Origin: Callorhinchus milii
Lineage: Eukaryota
Length of the DNA stretch: 64,000 nt
Assembly (NCBI RefSeq): GCF_018977255.1
Contig: NW_024704742.1
Span: 131,814,001 to 131,878,000, forward strand
Direction of reading: 5' to 3'
Shown: one piece after another, positions 1 to 13,339 of the stretch
Position numbering within the stretch: position 1 is the stretch's first letter
How the letters are laid out: every line of letters begins with the position of its first letter
Position numbers and translations under genes: made by a program
The notes under the pieces: generated by a model
What the model was told of the DNA's origin: nothing
The model's input: the letters and a program-made list of their open reading frames with translations, nothing else
The model's database searches: none

Positions 1-60
1 CACTCCAATGGATATAGCGATATTACAATAATCCTTGCATTTGATATATCACCTTATGGG

Positions 61-403
61 TGGATTCCTGCAGTTAGGCGAGAGACTTGGGTTTGATCAC
101 GGCCAGGTCGAAATGTTGGGCAAGTTTCCTTACTCCACATGCTTCTCTTTACCTAGCAGTAAGTAGGAACCGGGTTGTTAGTCGATTGGAGGATCGCTTT
201 TCCGGGGGGGTATTAATTCCTTAAAAAAAATTGGTCATTTCAATCCACAACTGTTTTGGGACATTGGTGTGTGCAATTGGCTACTGCGTTTCTCCCACAA
301 AATATACAGTCAATTCACTTTACAGTATATTCTATGAAACGCTTTGAGACGTATCGAAGACATAATCATGGGTTATATTAAATGCAAGAATTTTTATTAT
401 TAT
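61..403 (+). mobile_element. Composite tRNA/CORE-like/Deu SINE, older long form
   Basis: Degenerate tRNA head, then TTGGGCAAGTTTCCTTACTCCAC...TTTACCTAGCAGTAAGTAGGAACC, Deu-type GGGACATTGGTGTGTGCAATTGGCT, L2-type tail ending AAATGCAAG + (TTA)n. Confidence 0.8.
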
Positions 404-565
404 CAACACAAAGGAGCTCGGACAGGAGGGGTTGAACAGATTCAGCCTTGAGATCCTACGGCCTAATATCTGCAACTCCCTGTATCAATTTCTCTGCCTC
501 GCCACTCTTTATCTATCTTTAAGTAGATACTCCAGTGCAATGCTGAGAGACTGCTGCATATATAG

Positions 566-1907
566 CTAGAGACTATAATCTGGGACAAAATAAATTTTCA
601 TTTAGTAAAATATGGGTTAATAAAAGACAGCCAACATGGATTTGTTAAAGGTAAATCATGTCTAACAAACCTGATAGAGTTTTTTGATGAAGTAACGGAG
701 GGTGAATGAAGGTAGTGCAGTTGATGTAGTTTATAAGGATTTTAAAAAGGCATTTGATAACGTGCCACATAAGTGAATGTCAGCAAATTAGAAGCCCATG
801 ATATTAAAGGGATAGTGGCAGCATGGATACAGAACTGGCTGGGAGACAGAAAGTGGAGAGTGGTGGTGAACGGTCGTTTTTTGACTGGAGGGAAATGTGT
901 AGTGGTGTCCCCCAGGGGTCAGTATTAGGACAACTACTGTTTTTGATTTATTTCAATGACCTGAACTTGGGTATAGGGAGTACAATTTCCAAGTCTGCAG
1001 ATGATACTAAGCTAGGAAAAGTAGTAACCAGTGAGGACGATAGTAGCAGACTGCAAATGAACATAGACAGACTGGTAAAATGGGCAGACACGGGGCAGAT
1101 GAAGTTTAATGTGGAGAAATACAAAGTGATGCATTTTGGGAGGAAGAATGAGGAGAGGCAATATAAGCTGATGGTACAATCTTAAAGGGGTGAAGGAACA
1201 GAGAGGGTTCATATAAATAAATCTTTGAAAGTGGCAGGACAGGTAGATAAAGCTGTTAGAAAAGTATACAGCATACTAGGCTTTATAAAAAAGGGGCACA
1301 GAATACAAAAGTTAGGAAGTTATGATAAACCTTTATAAAACACTGGTTAGGCCTCAGCGAGAGACTGTGTTCAGTTCTGGGCACCACACTTTAGGAAAGA
1401 TGTCAAGGCATTGGAGAGGGTGCAAAGGAGATTTACCAGGATGGTACCAGGAATGAGGGATTTCAGTTATCAGGAGTGGCTAGAGACGCTAGGATTATTC
1501 TCCTTGGAGCAGAGAAGGTGAAGAGGAGACTTACAGAAATTTTCAAAATTATGAGGGGATTCGATAAGGTGAACAAGGAGAAATTATTTTCAATGGCTGG
1601 TGGGTCGGTAACCCGAGGACACCGATTTAAAATAGTTGTTAAAAGAAACAGAGAGGAGGTGAGCGGAAAAATTTTCACACAGTTAGTTGCTCTGATTTGG
1701 AATGCATTACCTGGAAGGGTGGTGGAAGCCAATTGGATAACAACTTTTAAGAGAGAAATAAATAATTATTTGGGGAGGACAAGTTTACAGGGCTTGGGAA
1801 GAGACTGGGGGAGTGGGATTGATTTGGATAGTTCTTTTCAAAGAGCCGCCACAGACACAATGGGCCACATGGCCTCCTTCTGTACTGTATAATTCTATGA
1901 TTCTATG
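566..1907 (+). mobile_element. CR1 LINE, 5'-truncated, defective RT C-terminal half + 3' UTR
   Basis: RT motifs GVPQGSVLG, SADDTKLG, QMKFNVEK, RGHRFKI, WNALP in ORFs 823-1185 and 1476-1892; ends in CR1 octamer repeat ATTCTATGATTCTATG. Inserted into a Deu SINE (halves at ~525-560 and 1908-2210). Confidence 0.95.
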
Positions 1908-2210
1908 GTCAGAAATGCCTTCCTACAGATGAGACATTAAAACAAGATCCTATCTGCCTGTTCAGGTGGATGTTAAATAACCCAAGGCTCTGTTCGAAAA
2001 GAGAAGGGAGTTTCTCCCGATGTCCTGGCCAACAAGCCCACACATAAAAATCGTCCATGGCTGTTTTGTGGACATTGCAGTGTGCAATTGTGCTACCGCA
2101 TTCACCTACAATATATACAGTAACTCCATTTCGTAGTAAATTCTGTGAAGCATTTTGAGACGTTTTTCTGACGTGATATGGTGCTATATCAAATGCAAGG
2201 ATTATTATTA
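1908..2210 (+). mobile_element. Old Deu-domain SINE (SacSINE1/AmnSINE1-like), 3' part
   Basis: GATGAGACATTAAA...CTGTTCAGGTGGATGTTAAA...TGTCCTGGCCAA...GACATTGCAGTGTGCAATTG and L2-type tail with (TTA)n. Confidence 0.85.
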
Positions 2211-2509
2211 CATTATCATAAATCTCACCTGAACATTTACCTCTTCGACAGTGTCTAAGGTCACTACCCCCCCAACAACCTTGCTCGGTGTCCAACAACA
2301 CTATTGTGCCTTGCTCCGAGATGTTATGCTATGTGAAGGGCGTTGTATCAAGGCAAGGTGGTGTTGCTGAGTGTAACAAAGAAAAGTGGTTAAATAGTCT
2401 AAATCTGCTCCTAAGCAGGTTGTGAACATAAAAAAGTGACTCATCATCATTTAAAGAAAGCTTTGTTCCTTTGGTTTAACATACTTTTTTTTATGTGTTT
2501 TGATAAAAA

Positions 2510-2660
2510 TAGATTTTTTTTCAGATCAGCTGAATCTGGCAAACATGGAAACCCATCACCATGCTTAAGAGCATTGCTGGACCAGACTGAGAGTTCTATC
2601 TACATATGCCACATACACATGGAAATTTATCTTTGTTTGCAATAGAGTGCCCACTCTCCA
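2510..2660 (-). repeat. Unclassified interspersed repeat, copy 1
   Basis: Reverse complement contains CTCTTAAGCATGGTGATGGGTTTCC, matching copies at ~19.8, 25.5, 27.6, 32.0 and 56.9 kb. Confidence 0.65.
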
Positions 2661-2733
2661 CCTTGCTTAACTTAGATTGTACTGTTGGCCAAGACACTGG
2701 GAGAAATTCCCTTCTCTTTCTCTAATACTGCTA

Positions 2734-3053
2734 TGGAGTCCTGTAGCTCAGTGTTTAGTGCACTTTGCAAGCGAGAGACCTAAGTTCAATTCCAGGCAGG
2801 GCGAAACCTTGGGCAAGTTTCCTTACTCCACACGCCTTATAATAATCCCTCCAACAAAATAATAATAAATTGGTCATTTTCAATCTACGACTGTTTGTGG
2901 GACATTGCTGTGCGCAATTGGCTGCCGCGTTCGCCCACAAATATACAGTCAATTCACTTTACAGTGTGTTCTGTGAAGCGCTTTGGGACGTCCTCCCGAC
3001 GTGAAAAGCACTATATCAAATGCAAGGATTATTATTATTATTATTATTATTAT
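2734..3053 (+). mobile_element. Young composite SINE (short form), full length, nested in an older Deu SINE
   Basis: TGGAGTCCTGTAGCTCAG head with A/B boxes, Deu core, tail GCGCTTTGGGACGTCCTCCCGACGTGAAAAGC, (TTA)n. Flanks rejoin as TACTGCTAT|GGGATCT of a minus-strand Deu SINE. Confidence 0.95.
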
Positions 3054-3844
3054 GGGATCTTAAGCGTCCACCTGAACAGGTAGACAGGACTTCAATTTGA
3101 CAATACAGGGTTTCCCTAATATTTTATTGAAGAATCAGGCTAGGATACCTCAACTCACTCCCCTACAACCCACAAGCTCCTGACTCAGAGGCAAGAGTGC
3201 TGCCAATTGAGCCTGTTTGACAGCTAGCTTTTCTTGCTCCTCTTGTTGGTGATAGGCGAAGCTATACTTTGGAGCCAATGATAGATTTGTTTTTCCCCAT
3301 ATCCCCATTTTGTTAGTCAAAGATGCAGGAAACAAGAACCTTTAATTCATTACTAACTGGAAGAATATAGCATGAATACATTATTCATTAGTCAGCTATT
3401 GCACAACTTCGGATAAATATCTGCACTTTCAGCCGTCGGCTCAGTTTGCCTGATATTAATGCTCCATCATGAAGGATATGAGTGAAGGCTGCTGAATAAT
3501 GTATCATTATGAGGTTTATGTTAACATGTTCAGTGATACAATTCAATCCGATTGATATTTATATAACATTCTTCACGTTGGGAGGATGTCTCAAAGCTCT
3601 TCACAGGATTTACTGTAAAGTTCAGTGATTGTGTATTTTGTAAAGCAATCAATACAGCGTTCCTTCATTTTACTCTAGTGTAAGTTTTCTGCTTCAGTGT
3701 AGAGCACTGTATTACAATGAATTTTATTGAATTAAAAATAGTAAATGTACATTGGATTTTCCTTTATTACCTGTTGCTCAACCCTTTTTTTTGGAATTTG
3801 TCTGCAAAATTTCCCTCCAAAAGTCCATCACCCCTATCTTTACT

Positions 3845-4220
3845 CAGCTCCCAAACACCTAATAGATCAAATTGAAGATTCTCATTCTCACCTTCAAATC
3901 TCTCCACAGTCTCACCCCACCTGACCCCTGCAAATTCCTTCAACCCCACCGAACCAGGCGTTCCCTTCAATCAGCAAACACAGGCTTGCTTCAAGTTCCC
4001 CGCCCCATTATTGGCAGACAGGGTTTAATTTATTCTGCCCCATTCTCCCTCCCCCCCTCACCTCCTTCAAGGTGTGTCTCAATATGTATTTCTATTGGTT
4101 GTATTTTCTTCCTCACCGCTATGGGCTTCTACCTCCCACCCTGGTACCCTGCCACCAATGTTAAACTCTTTGAGACACTCTCCTGCCACAAAAGCAACCG
4201 TATCAAATCTGATTATTATT
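3845..4220 (+). mobile_element. L2 LINE 3' fragment, degenerate
   Basis: KILILTFKSLHSLTP...RSLQSANTGLLQVP (L2 ORF2 C-terminus). Confidence 0.75.
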
Positions 4221-5409
4221 TTCATAACCATAGTAAGGCTGTTCCCAATAAATGGATGTATCAGGCTCTCAAGTGAACTTACACCTTGAAAGATACAAAA
4301 CAGCATCACAACTGACCCTAAATATAAAGGAGATGAGCTGTGGAGAAAGATTAGAGAGTGTTAAGATTGATAGACTTGAAATAAGACAGTTAAGCCGGAA
4401 ATCTTATTGGAACATATCAAATACTAAACAATATAGATAAGATAAACATAGACTAAAGAAAGCCAAATAAGAAAGCTGGAGGACAAAACCGGATATTAGT
4501 TGATATTAGTTGAACAACAAATTCAGAACAGGCATCAAAAATATAATTGTAATCAACCAACCAAGCAAGGTAAGGAAGGTGAAAATACTGAGGCGAATCA
4601 GAATACAATCAGATCCTAAGATTTGTTTTTCTGTCCCCATTCTCTGGAACTCCATCCCATAATCCCTTTGATTCACTCCTTTACTCACCTCATTCTGTCT
4701 CAAAATATATCTCTTTGACTGTGCTTTCAGTCATCATTCTTGTTCCACCCTCTTCAGATCCCATCCCCTGCTTGAGCGCTCTGAAATGCTGCCCTACATG
4801 AGGGATGCTATATAAATGCAAGTTGTTGTTGTGGATTTGATGCCCAGCCAACAGTCCAAGTGCTTTGTGATGTCTTCCTGATATGAAAGGTGCTTTATAA
4901 ATGTAAATGTTATTGTATCATTTCAGTCCATCTGATCTCATTCTTCCACAACACAAACCCCACTATCCTGCAATCACAGAATCAAACTATTTGCTAAGTA
5001 AACATGGCATGATTTATAGGAGGATGAATTTGAGGGAGCTGAAAAGATGTTCTCCCGATGATGTTATGTTCAGTCAAGATCAAACAATCCAAGATTTTAC
5101 TATGGTCTTCCATGGGACCCTTAGACAGCCAGAATTGTCACTGGCCTTTGTTTGACCGTATGTAACAACTATATGTGAAAGTATTCCCATCTGTGATATT
5201 GGTAAGCTTCCTTTCAAGAGGTCAATGGGCATTGGAGAGAGTGCAGAGAAGCAACAAGGATGATTACAACTCTACACCACAAGATGAAGGATATTTTGGA
5301 GTGTTTATTTGATTGGCTTTAGGGTTTAGGATCTTTACAGGAAAATGCAAGAGAAAGTTTGTTGCACCAAATAATGGCATAATAACAACAAGCTTTGATC
5401 TAGCACTTT

Positions 5410-5765
5410 CAGGCTGACACCCCAATGCCATGCCTTATATTGTTGGAGGTGCCGTCCTTTGAATGAGTCATTTAATTTTGATGTCCCATCTACCTGTTCA
5501 GGTAGATGTTAAGGATATTGTGGCACTGTTTTAAAAGAGAAGAGAGTTTTTCTGATGTCCTGGTCAACAATTCCCCCGAATAAAATTAATGTCTCAATTT
5601 ATGGCTGCTTGTGGGTCACTGCTCTGCGCAAAATGGCTACCTCGATCGCCTACAAATTTACAGTCACTACACTTCACATTAAGATCCTGTGAAGAGCTTT
5701 GAGATGTCTCGACAAGGTGATAAGATACTACATCAAATGCAAGCTCAATTATTAAGTTATTATTA
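5410..5765 (+). mobile_element. Old Deu SINE
   Basis: GGCTGACAC...GGAGGTGCCGTCCTTT...CTGTTCAGGTAGATGTTAA...TGTCCTGGTCAA...L2-type tail. Confidence 0.8.
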
Positions 5766-6674
5766 TTCCATGTAATAAGTTGCTTCCCTACAGCACAAAC
5801 ACATCCTCACAATTATACTGAAAAGCAATCATTTCTCCTTCCTATATGAGTCTCTATCGTACATTCTCACACCATTTTGAACTCTTTTATAATATAGGCA
5901 AATAAATACTATTTGCCACATAGCCAGTATAAGTACTTTCACACACTTACATAGGTTGAGTTGAACAAGTTTTGAATATCAGTTCAATGGGCACTCGGTA
6001 ATTTTTAAATCTCTGCATCATAGTTATTTCACTTATCCCAAAGTGTTCATTTCCTTCCTGTTACATGCCAGCAACCCTCCTTTTAGTATCGTTTTTAAAT
6101 TATTGAATATTGCAGAGGTGTTAAAATTCAATAAGAGATGATTTTTAATTAAAACACTAAATGGCATTTTGAGAGCTTCTTGGATAAACAGAACAAATGT
6201 CTTTCTTTGTGAAGCAACAGACTTCTCGTGAACATCTGGATGTGAGTGGACGTCATTCATTAATTTTAATGTAGGAAATCATGAAAGATGATGACTGATA
6301 TTATGACACACTAATAAGTGATTAACATATGACATTCCAATCAATCTTACTGTCTTATTATTGCTCTTGTGACCATGAACAAGTGTCTATTTTGTGGACT
6401 TTGGAGGCTTGTCAGCCAAACATTTAACATTCTGCTCAAGCAGCTTCCCTAATAAACTAAGTTTACTGCGGATCAGCCTGAGCCGTAATTAGTTTGGGAT
6501 TACTTACAATCAACACCAGTACAATGTCACTACAGGAAATGTTCGATTGCTCTATAGCGATAATAATATTAATAATCCTTGCATTAGATATAGTGTGTCA
6601 TTATCACGTCGTTGAGACGTCTCAAAGCACTCCATAGGATATACTATACTGTATATTTTGTGGGAGAAATGCTA

Positions 6675-7025
6675 CAACAACAACACAATTACATTTGTAT
6701 GGCGCCTTTCATGTCGGGAGGACATCCCAAGGTATTGGACAATCAATGTTTCAGACTCGAGCTGGGAATCGGGATTGGGGAGGGTGGAGGGTAGTGGGGG
6801 GGAAGGAGGGTGATCGAAAGCACGTTGGAATGGGAGGGCCTTGAGACAGGTCTTGAAGGAGGCAAAGGAGGGGGCAAGGCTGAAGGACTGCAAGATGGAG
6901 TTCCAGAGGGTGGAGACAGAGTGGCAGAACGCTCACCCCCCCAATTGTGGGGCGGGTGAGACGGGAGATGTGAAGCAGACCAGAGCCCGCTGAGCAAAGG
7001 GAGCCGACAGGTTGGTAGGGGGTTA
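6675..7025 (-). mobile_element. L2 LINE 3' end
   Basis: Minus-strand peptides SAGSGLLHI, RPTIGG, SFKTCLKALPFQRAF; (TTG)n tail at 6675. Confidence 0.85.
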
Positions 7026-8707
7026 GGATGGATGTGGGGTGCAATTGCGCACAGCAGTGTCCCACAAATAGTCATGGGTTGAGTGACCAATTTGTTACTG
7101 GGGGAATTTGTCAGCCAGGACACTTGGAGAAGCTCTCTTCTCTTTTCGAATACTGCCATGGGTTCTTTAACAACCACCTGAACAGGCAGTCTGCAGATTC
7201 CAAAACCCACCATATGGCTTTAACCCACAACCTTCTGACTGAGAGGCGAGAGTGAATATTGTGGGTTTGAATCCCATGTTGGGACTTGAACTCTCATAGT
7301 CTAAGCTGACACTCCAATGCAATGCTGGGGAAAGGGGTTGCATTGTCAGAGATGCCATCCTTTGGATGAGACATTACATTTTTGACCCTTTTTTTCTTTT
7401 CTGACCTAATAAACAATACTTTTGGAGGCACTAAGACAATAATAATAATAATAATAGTACTACCACCACTACTACTAATAGTAATGATAATACTACCAAA
7501 ACGGGGAGAAAATGGATGTGATCGTAGGCACAAATAAAGAGAAAAGTCTTCCAGTGGGATGTGAAGAAGGTTAAAGAGGGGCAAGGCATAGGGATTCAGG
7601 CAGGGAATTCTTGAGGGTCTAGGCAAAGTGGCTGAAGGTCAGCACACAGTAAACTATTCCATTCCAAAGGTGGGAGTGCGACCACTGAGGCCCAGGTGAC
7701 AATCAATACAGTCATATAGAACTTGTGATCAGTTGAATGGTGAAATAAAGCATTTCTAGAAACAAAATTAAGTGGGACATTTCCTTTAACTATGGAGCAC
7801 CGACTCTTACATGTTGCAGTCAAGACACTCTGGGAGGTAAATACGGGGCAATTACTCCCTGAGTACTGAGTGTAAGTTCCTGCTTTTCTCTGTCTTCATT
7901 TACTGCGCCACTACCTTCAGCATCCAATGGAACATTAGGTGTAATTATCCAAATTAAACAGTTTAATAACAGGAAATTAACCACTTGATCTTTGTTAATG
8001 AGTCAGACTTAATTGGCAGCAGCATTAACAAGAATAAAACCACATTAAGGCACTGAGCCACGTGTTAATGCGGCAGCAGTTCTGTTTTTTATTTTAAGAA
8101 GTTTCCAAAATGTAAGAAGCAATTATGGGTTTGGGAGTCTTGTGCCCACATCAAGCAAGAGTTCAAATAAGAATAATTCTTGCATTTGATATAGTGGCAT
8201 TCATGTCAGGGGGACATCCCAAAGCACTTCACAGACTATATAAGTTCCAAGTCCTGGCCTGATGCTTGAACGCCAACCTTTGAAGTGAGAATGCTACCAA
8301 TTGTGCCAGGCTGACACAAAATACCTTGAATAAAAAGTAATCAGACCCAAAAAGACCTAAAAGAAGCGATAATTTAAGAGTCAGTATATTAAGGTCTAGG
8401 AAATAATACCAAGAGAACAGTACTGTGGATAAGTGTTCTATCACAAAGAATGGTGGTCATTCTGCTCCATGGAGGAGAACACCAGGTACTATACCAAATA
8501 CAAATGCAAGGATTATTATGGATGCACTCAACTGATGATGGTGAGAAGTTTCCTTTTTGAAATTACATATTATCACATCATGCATTATTCAAAATAATTC
8601 ATTAACAATAACTTGCATTTATTTAGGAGAAGCAACACAGAGGTAAAGGGGGAGGTGACCAAAGGCATGATTGAAGAGGTAAATTTTTAAACATGATTTA
8701 AAGACAG

Positions 8708-9056
8708 ATAACAATAATAATAATCCTTGCTTTTGATATAGTGCCTTATCATGTCGTTGAGATGTCTCAAAGGGGTTCACAGAATATATTATAAAGTGGA
8801 TAGATTGTGTATTCTGTGGGTGAAATGCAATATATTGTGCACAACAGTGTCCCACAAACAGTCATGGATTGAGTGGCAAAGTTATTATTATTATTATCTT
8901 TTTTTGGAGGGATTTTTATGGCTGGAAAAGCGATCCGACAATTGACTAACAAACGGGTTCCTACTTACTGCTAGGTAAACAGAGGCGTGTGGAGTAAGGA
9001 AACTTGGAATCAAATGGGAATCAAACCCAGGTTTCTTGCTGAGCTACAGGACTCCA
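8708..9056 (-). mobile_element. Composite SINE, older long form
   Basis: Reverse complement: TGGAGTCCTGTAGCTCAG...TTACTCCACACGCCTCTGTTTACCTAGCAGTAAGTAGGAACCC...Deu core...tail. Confidence 0.85.
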
Positions 9057-9884
9057 TAGCTCATTAGCTCAGATAGAGAGAAGGGGAGGTGGAAGATGGA
9101 GGGGTGTAGAGGGCTGGAGTTCCAAAGGTTAGGGGAGAAAGCTTGGTCCCAGATGCTAGTGTAGAACGCACAGTAGGCACAAATTAGCCAGGTGAAGAAG
9201 AGTGAAGGAGGAGAGGATCACATGATAACATGATCTCTGGGTAGAAGTTCCACTCAGGTTCCGATCCACCGCATTAACGTCGCATCTCAGAATATCCACT
9301 AATTTATCAAATTCTTAAATAAAATCTTTCATTTTGAAGCAGAATTTTTGTAAGTTTCTTTTAAGAACTACAGAAAATGGGCCTCAGAATTAAACCAGAA
9401 TTCAACAATTTGCCAAATTCCCCCTCTGAAACGTTCTATTAATAAAGTAAATATCTTTGACTGTGTCTATAATGGTCTCCTCCCGCTCCTCCTTCTCCTT
9501 TGCTCAGCATCCATTAACTTAAATCCCTAACTGACCAGGGCCTTGGAACGTCCTTCCAATGTAAAAGGTGCTATATAAATGTCATTTTGTTATTGTTGTT
9601 TTTGTTGTCCAACCTCCTGTCACTGTGTAGTACTCCAAGATGCTCTCCTGCATGAACGCTTCTATATAAACGCAGGTTATTGTAAATCTAGACCTGGTGG
9701 AAATTTGCTCCACCTAGAAACTGCGGTCTCTAGTTGTCAGTTAAGGATAGCCATGAGTAGATGGTGGACATATGCTTAACTAGCGTCCATAGAAACGCAC
9801 ACCAGCAAAAAGCAGAGGCATCATTTTTAATTAAACATCTGTTTCATTCTTTAATTAGTGACTTAACTGGTGATTTCTATTTGA

Positions 9885-10530
9885 GTAATAATTCCTAATG
9901 CTTATGTTTAATTCAAAGTGCAAAATACACGTTTGCAGTAAACATTTAACATGTTTAATCTCCATGCTCGGTTTAATGTCTATGCCAAGTTTAATCACCA
10001 CACCACGTTCTCCAACAAATATACAGTCACTACATTTTATAATAAATCCTGTGAAGCACTTTGAAACATTCGATAGTGATATAGTATCAAGTGTAAACAT
10101 TAGTATTATAGGTTCACTGACAATACAAAGTTTATGATGATACTGGTTTAGCAGCTATATTATGTTTAATGACAATATTAAGATTCTGGCTACAACAACA
10201 ACTTGCATTAATATAGTGCCCTTCACACTGGGCAGTGTCTTGGAGCGCTTAAGTAGCGACTATACTAGGTTTAATGATAAGATTAGTTTTATAGCAATGT
10301 GAGGTTTAATAGCTATGCAAAGTTTAATGATAATACTAGGCTGTTGACTACGCTAGGTTTTAATGCCTAAACTCGGTTTAATGATGATAATGCTAGGTTT
10401 AATGACTGTGCAAGATTTAATGAATATCCTAGGTTTAATGATGATAATTCAAGGTTTATTGACTATACTAGGTACATTGACTACTAGTTTTAATGACTAC
10501 ACTAGGTTTATGACAACACTCGCTTTAATA
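9885..10530. repeat. Degenerate minisatellite, ~18-19 bp unit (CTAGGTTTAATGACTATA-like), interrupted by two SINE/L2 tail fragments
   Basis: Recurrent GGTTTAATGA at ~18-19 bp spacing, clearest at 10255-10530; insertions at ~10005-10110 and ~10190-10250. Confidence 0.8.
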
Positions 10531-11039
10531 CCCATTGATTGTATCTGTTGAGTGCTAATGGTAGAAATTTTTCATAGATAGTTCACCTTCACTAATCACA
10601 TCTGAAGATCTGTGGATTTGTTAACCAAAGCAATCTAATTCCAGAATATGTTTTCCTTAAATCCAATAAATCCTGTGCTGTGAAAAATAATAAAATTTCA
10701 TCTTACTTATTGCAGATGCTTGAACTTTATTGGAGCATTCAATCAATTACCTCACTCTATAGGATAAAGAGGGAGATAAAGTGCACAATCTGTCTTTATT
10801 GCAAAGCTCTTTTTATACTTAAATCATACTCGGATTAAATTCACTGGAAATTATGAATACATAAAATAGCTCAAAACAGACACAAAATAAACACTCTAAA
10901 ATGGATGCAGAAACAGTATAGCACTTATTTCAATCATTACAGAATAGAAGAGACAGTAAGCAAAGGAATTTAATTTTAACAAAATACACTATATTTGTTC
11001 CGTCTGTATTAATTTATATCTTTCCACTGGATTCTATAA

Positions 11040-11615
11040 TACAACAACAACAACAAGATTCCATTTATTGAGCGCCTTTCACGTCGGGAGGGAGGACAGT
11101 TGGGTCAGGACCCGAGCAAGGGGGAAATGGTCAGGGTGAGGGGAGGGAAGGGAGGGAGCGAGGAGGGGGTAGAGAGTCGAGAGGGGAGCTGAAGGCACAG
11201 TCAAAGAGAAGAGAAGAACAACTTGCATTAATATAGTGCCCTTCATGTGGGGTAGCGTCCCAGAACGCTTGACAGTGGTGGAGTCTGACCCTGAGCCAGG
11301 GAGAGAGGTAGAGGGAACATGACCCGTAAGCATGATCAAAACGGAAAGTGGGGAGGGAGGGGGCAAGATTGAGAGAGAGAGAGAATTTCAGAGCTTCGGG
11401 GCATGGCGGCTGAAAGCACGGCCTTCGAATGTGGAGCGGAGGGGGCGAGGGATAAACAGGAGGCCAGAGCTGGCCGAGTGGAGACAGTGGGTGATGGAGT
11501 GGGTGGTAAACAAATCGGATAGGTAGTGAGGTGCAAGGGCATGAAGGGATTTGAAATGGAATGAAAGGATCTTGAAGTCGATCCGTTCGGTAAATGGGAG
11601 CCAGTACAGCACAGA
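11040..11615 (-). mobile_element. Two adjacent L2 3' ends
   Basis: Young tail at 11040-11200 (same subfamily as 33189 and 55685), followed by an older piece reading WLPFTERIDFKI...APHYLSDL...FSRHAPKL. Confidence 0.85.
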
Positions 11616-11985
11616 AAGGACTCCCATGCAGTGCTGGGGGAGTACTGCAATGTCAGAGGTACCGTATCTCAAATGAAACATTAAACTAAGAGCTCATTTG
11701 CCTGTTTGAGTGGACTTTGAAGATCACATGGCACTACTCAAAAAGAGGAGAAAGTTTCGCCCTGTGTCCTGGTCAACAAATTACCAGATAAAATTGATTG
11801 TTCAGTTTATGTCATTTTTTTTTGTGGGGGGGAACATTACTATATGCAGTACTGTCTGTCTGTGTTGTTCGCCCACAAAATGCACGGTCACTACACTTTG
11901 CAGCATAAATCGTGTGAAGCAGTTTGAGACATTTGGACAACATGGTAAGGCGTCTACATCAAATGCAAGGATTATTAAAGATTAT
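11615..11985 (+). mobile_element. Old Deu SINE
   Basis: GCAGTGCTGGGGGAGTACTGCAATGTCAGAGGTACC...ATGGCACTA...TGTCCTGGTCAA...tail. Confidence 0.75.
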
Positions 11986-12354
11986 ATTATTAAATAGATG
12001 TCAAAGATGTAAGTATGGAATTTGGCTTGGACTGTGGACTGTGAAGACAGAATTAAAGCATATTACAAGTCTTGAGCTTGACTTCAAAATTAGAAGAATA
12101 TCTCAAACCCCCTCTTCCCCATAGAACAGTGGTTCTGGAAATGACTCCCAACAAAAGCAACTAACTGTGTTAATAATAACAATAATAGTAACAATAATAA
12201 TAATAATCCATGCATTTGATATAGCGCCTCATCACATCTTCGAGATGTCCCAAGGCGCTTCACAGGATATAGTAAAGTGGTTTGACTGTATATTGTTGTG
12301 GGCGAATGTGGATTGAGTGACCATATTTTTTTTAATTTTTGAAGGGATTATACA

Positions 12355-12835
12355 ACGACAACTTGGATTTATATAACGCCCTCCAAGCCAGACGAGTCTC
12401 AGAGCGCTTAACAGTAACGGATCCCAGGGCCGAGCCAGAGGGAGGTGGAGGAAGGTGACCAAAGGCCCGGCAGAAAAGAAAGGTCTTCAGCCGAGATCTG
12501 AAAATAGAAAGGGGGGGGGGAGGCGAGGAGAAGGGAGTGAAGAAGGGAGCTCCAGAGCTTTGGGGCATAGCGTCTGAAGACACGGCTGCCGAGGGTGGAG
12601 CGGACAACTCGGGGGACAAGGAGCAGGCCAGAACCGGTGGAACGAAGGCAACGGGCACTGTTTTGAGGAGAGAGGAGGTCAAAGGTAGGGGAGTACAAGT
12701 ACAGAGGAGTGGAGGGATTTGAAGACAAAGGTGAGGATCTTGAAGTCGATCCTCTCTGGGACAGGCAGCCAGTGCAGTCTGGCAAGGACTGGGGTGATCG
12801 GGGAATGGACTTTGGTGTGGGTGAGAATGCGATCA
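12355..12835 (-). mobile_element. L2 LINE 3' fragment
   Basis: [50 protein letters not shown]. Confidence 0.9.
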
Positions 12836-13034
12836 AAAGTTGGACAAAGAAGGGGCAAGGTGGAGGGGTTGAGGAAGGGAATTTCAGAGGTTAAAGGGCA
12901 CATTTCATCAAATACAAGCTTGTTCTTCACTAGAATCTACATGTCTCTTGTTTCAATTCAGTAACCTGTCTTGTTTGTTACAAAGGTTGCAAAGCCTCGG
13001 CCTTTTGTTAAACCATGTGCTGAGTTTCAAATCC

Positions 13035-13330
13035 ATAATAAGAATAATAATTCTTACATCTGATGTAATGCCTTTTACATCAAGAGGATAGTTGGAAGAG
13101 CTTCACATGATTTACTTTGCAGTAAATGTAGTAACTGTGTATTTTTGGAGGCAAACAAAGCAGCCAATTTGCCATAGTAATGTCCCACAAAAAGCCTTGA
13201 AGTGGGTGACCAATTTTATGTGGAGGATTGTTGGCCAGGACACTGGGAGAAACTCCCTTCTCTTTTTGAATAGTGCCACAGGATCTTTAACGGCCAACTG
13301 AACAGGCAGACGAGACCTTAGTTTAAGGTT
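13035..13330 (-). mobile_element. Old Deu SINE
   Basis: TTGGCCAGGACACTGGGAGAAACTCCC...TAGTGCCACAGGATCTTTAAC (reverse complement of the SINE body). Confidence 0.8.
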
Positions 13331-13339
13331 GCTAAACCA

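Noticed and set aside
2734..2805. Bona fide tRNA-Ala gene
   Set aside because: Every copy continues into the SINE body, the T-arm is irregular, and copies vary. It is a tRNA-derived SINE head.
2895..3083. Recurrent small ORF MWDIAVRNWLPRSPTNIQ... (also at 35060, 36127, 54288) as a peptide gene family
   Set aside because: It is a translation of the young SINE body, with poly-Tyr from the (TTA)n tail and GTG/TTG starts. No sign of coding constraint.
9885..10530. CRISPR-like array
   Set aside because: Units are contiguous and degenerate, with no unique spacers and no cas genes, in a vertebrate context.
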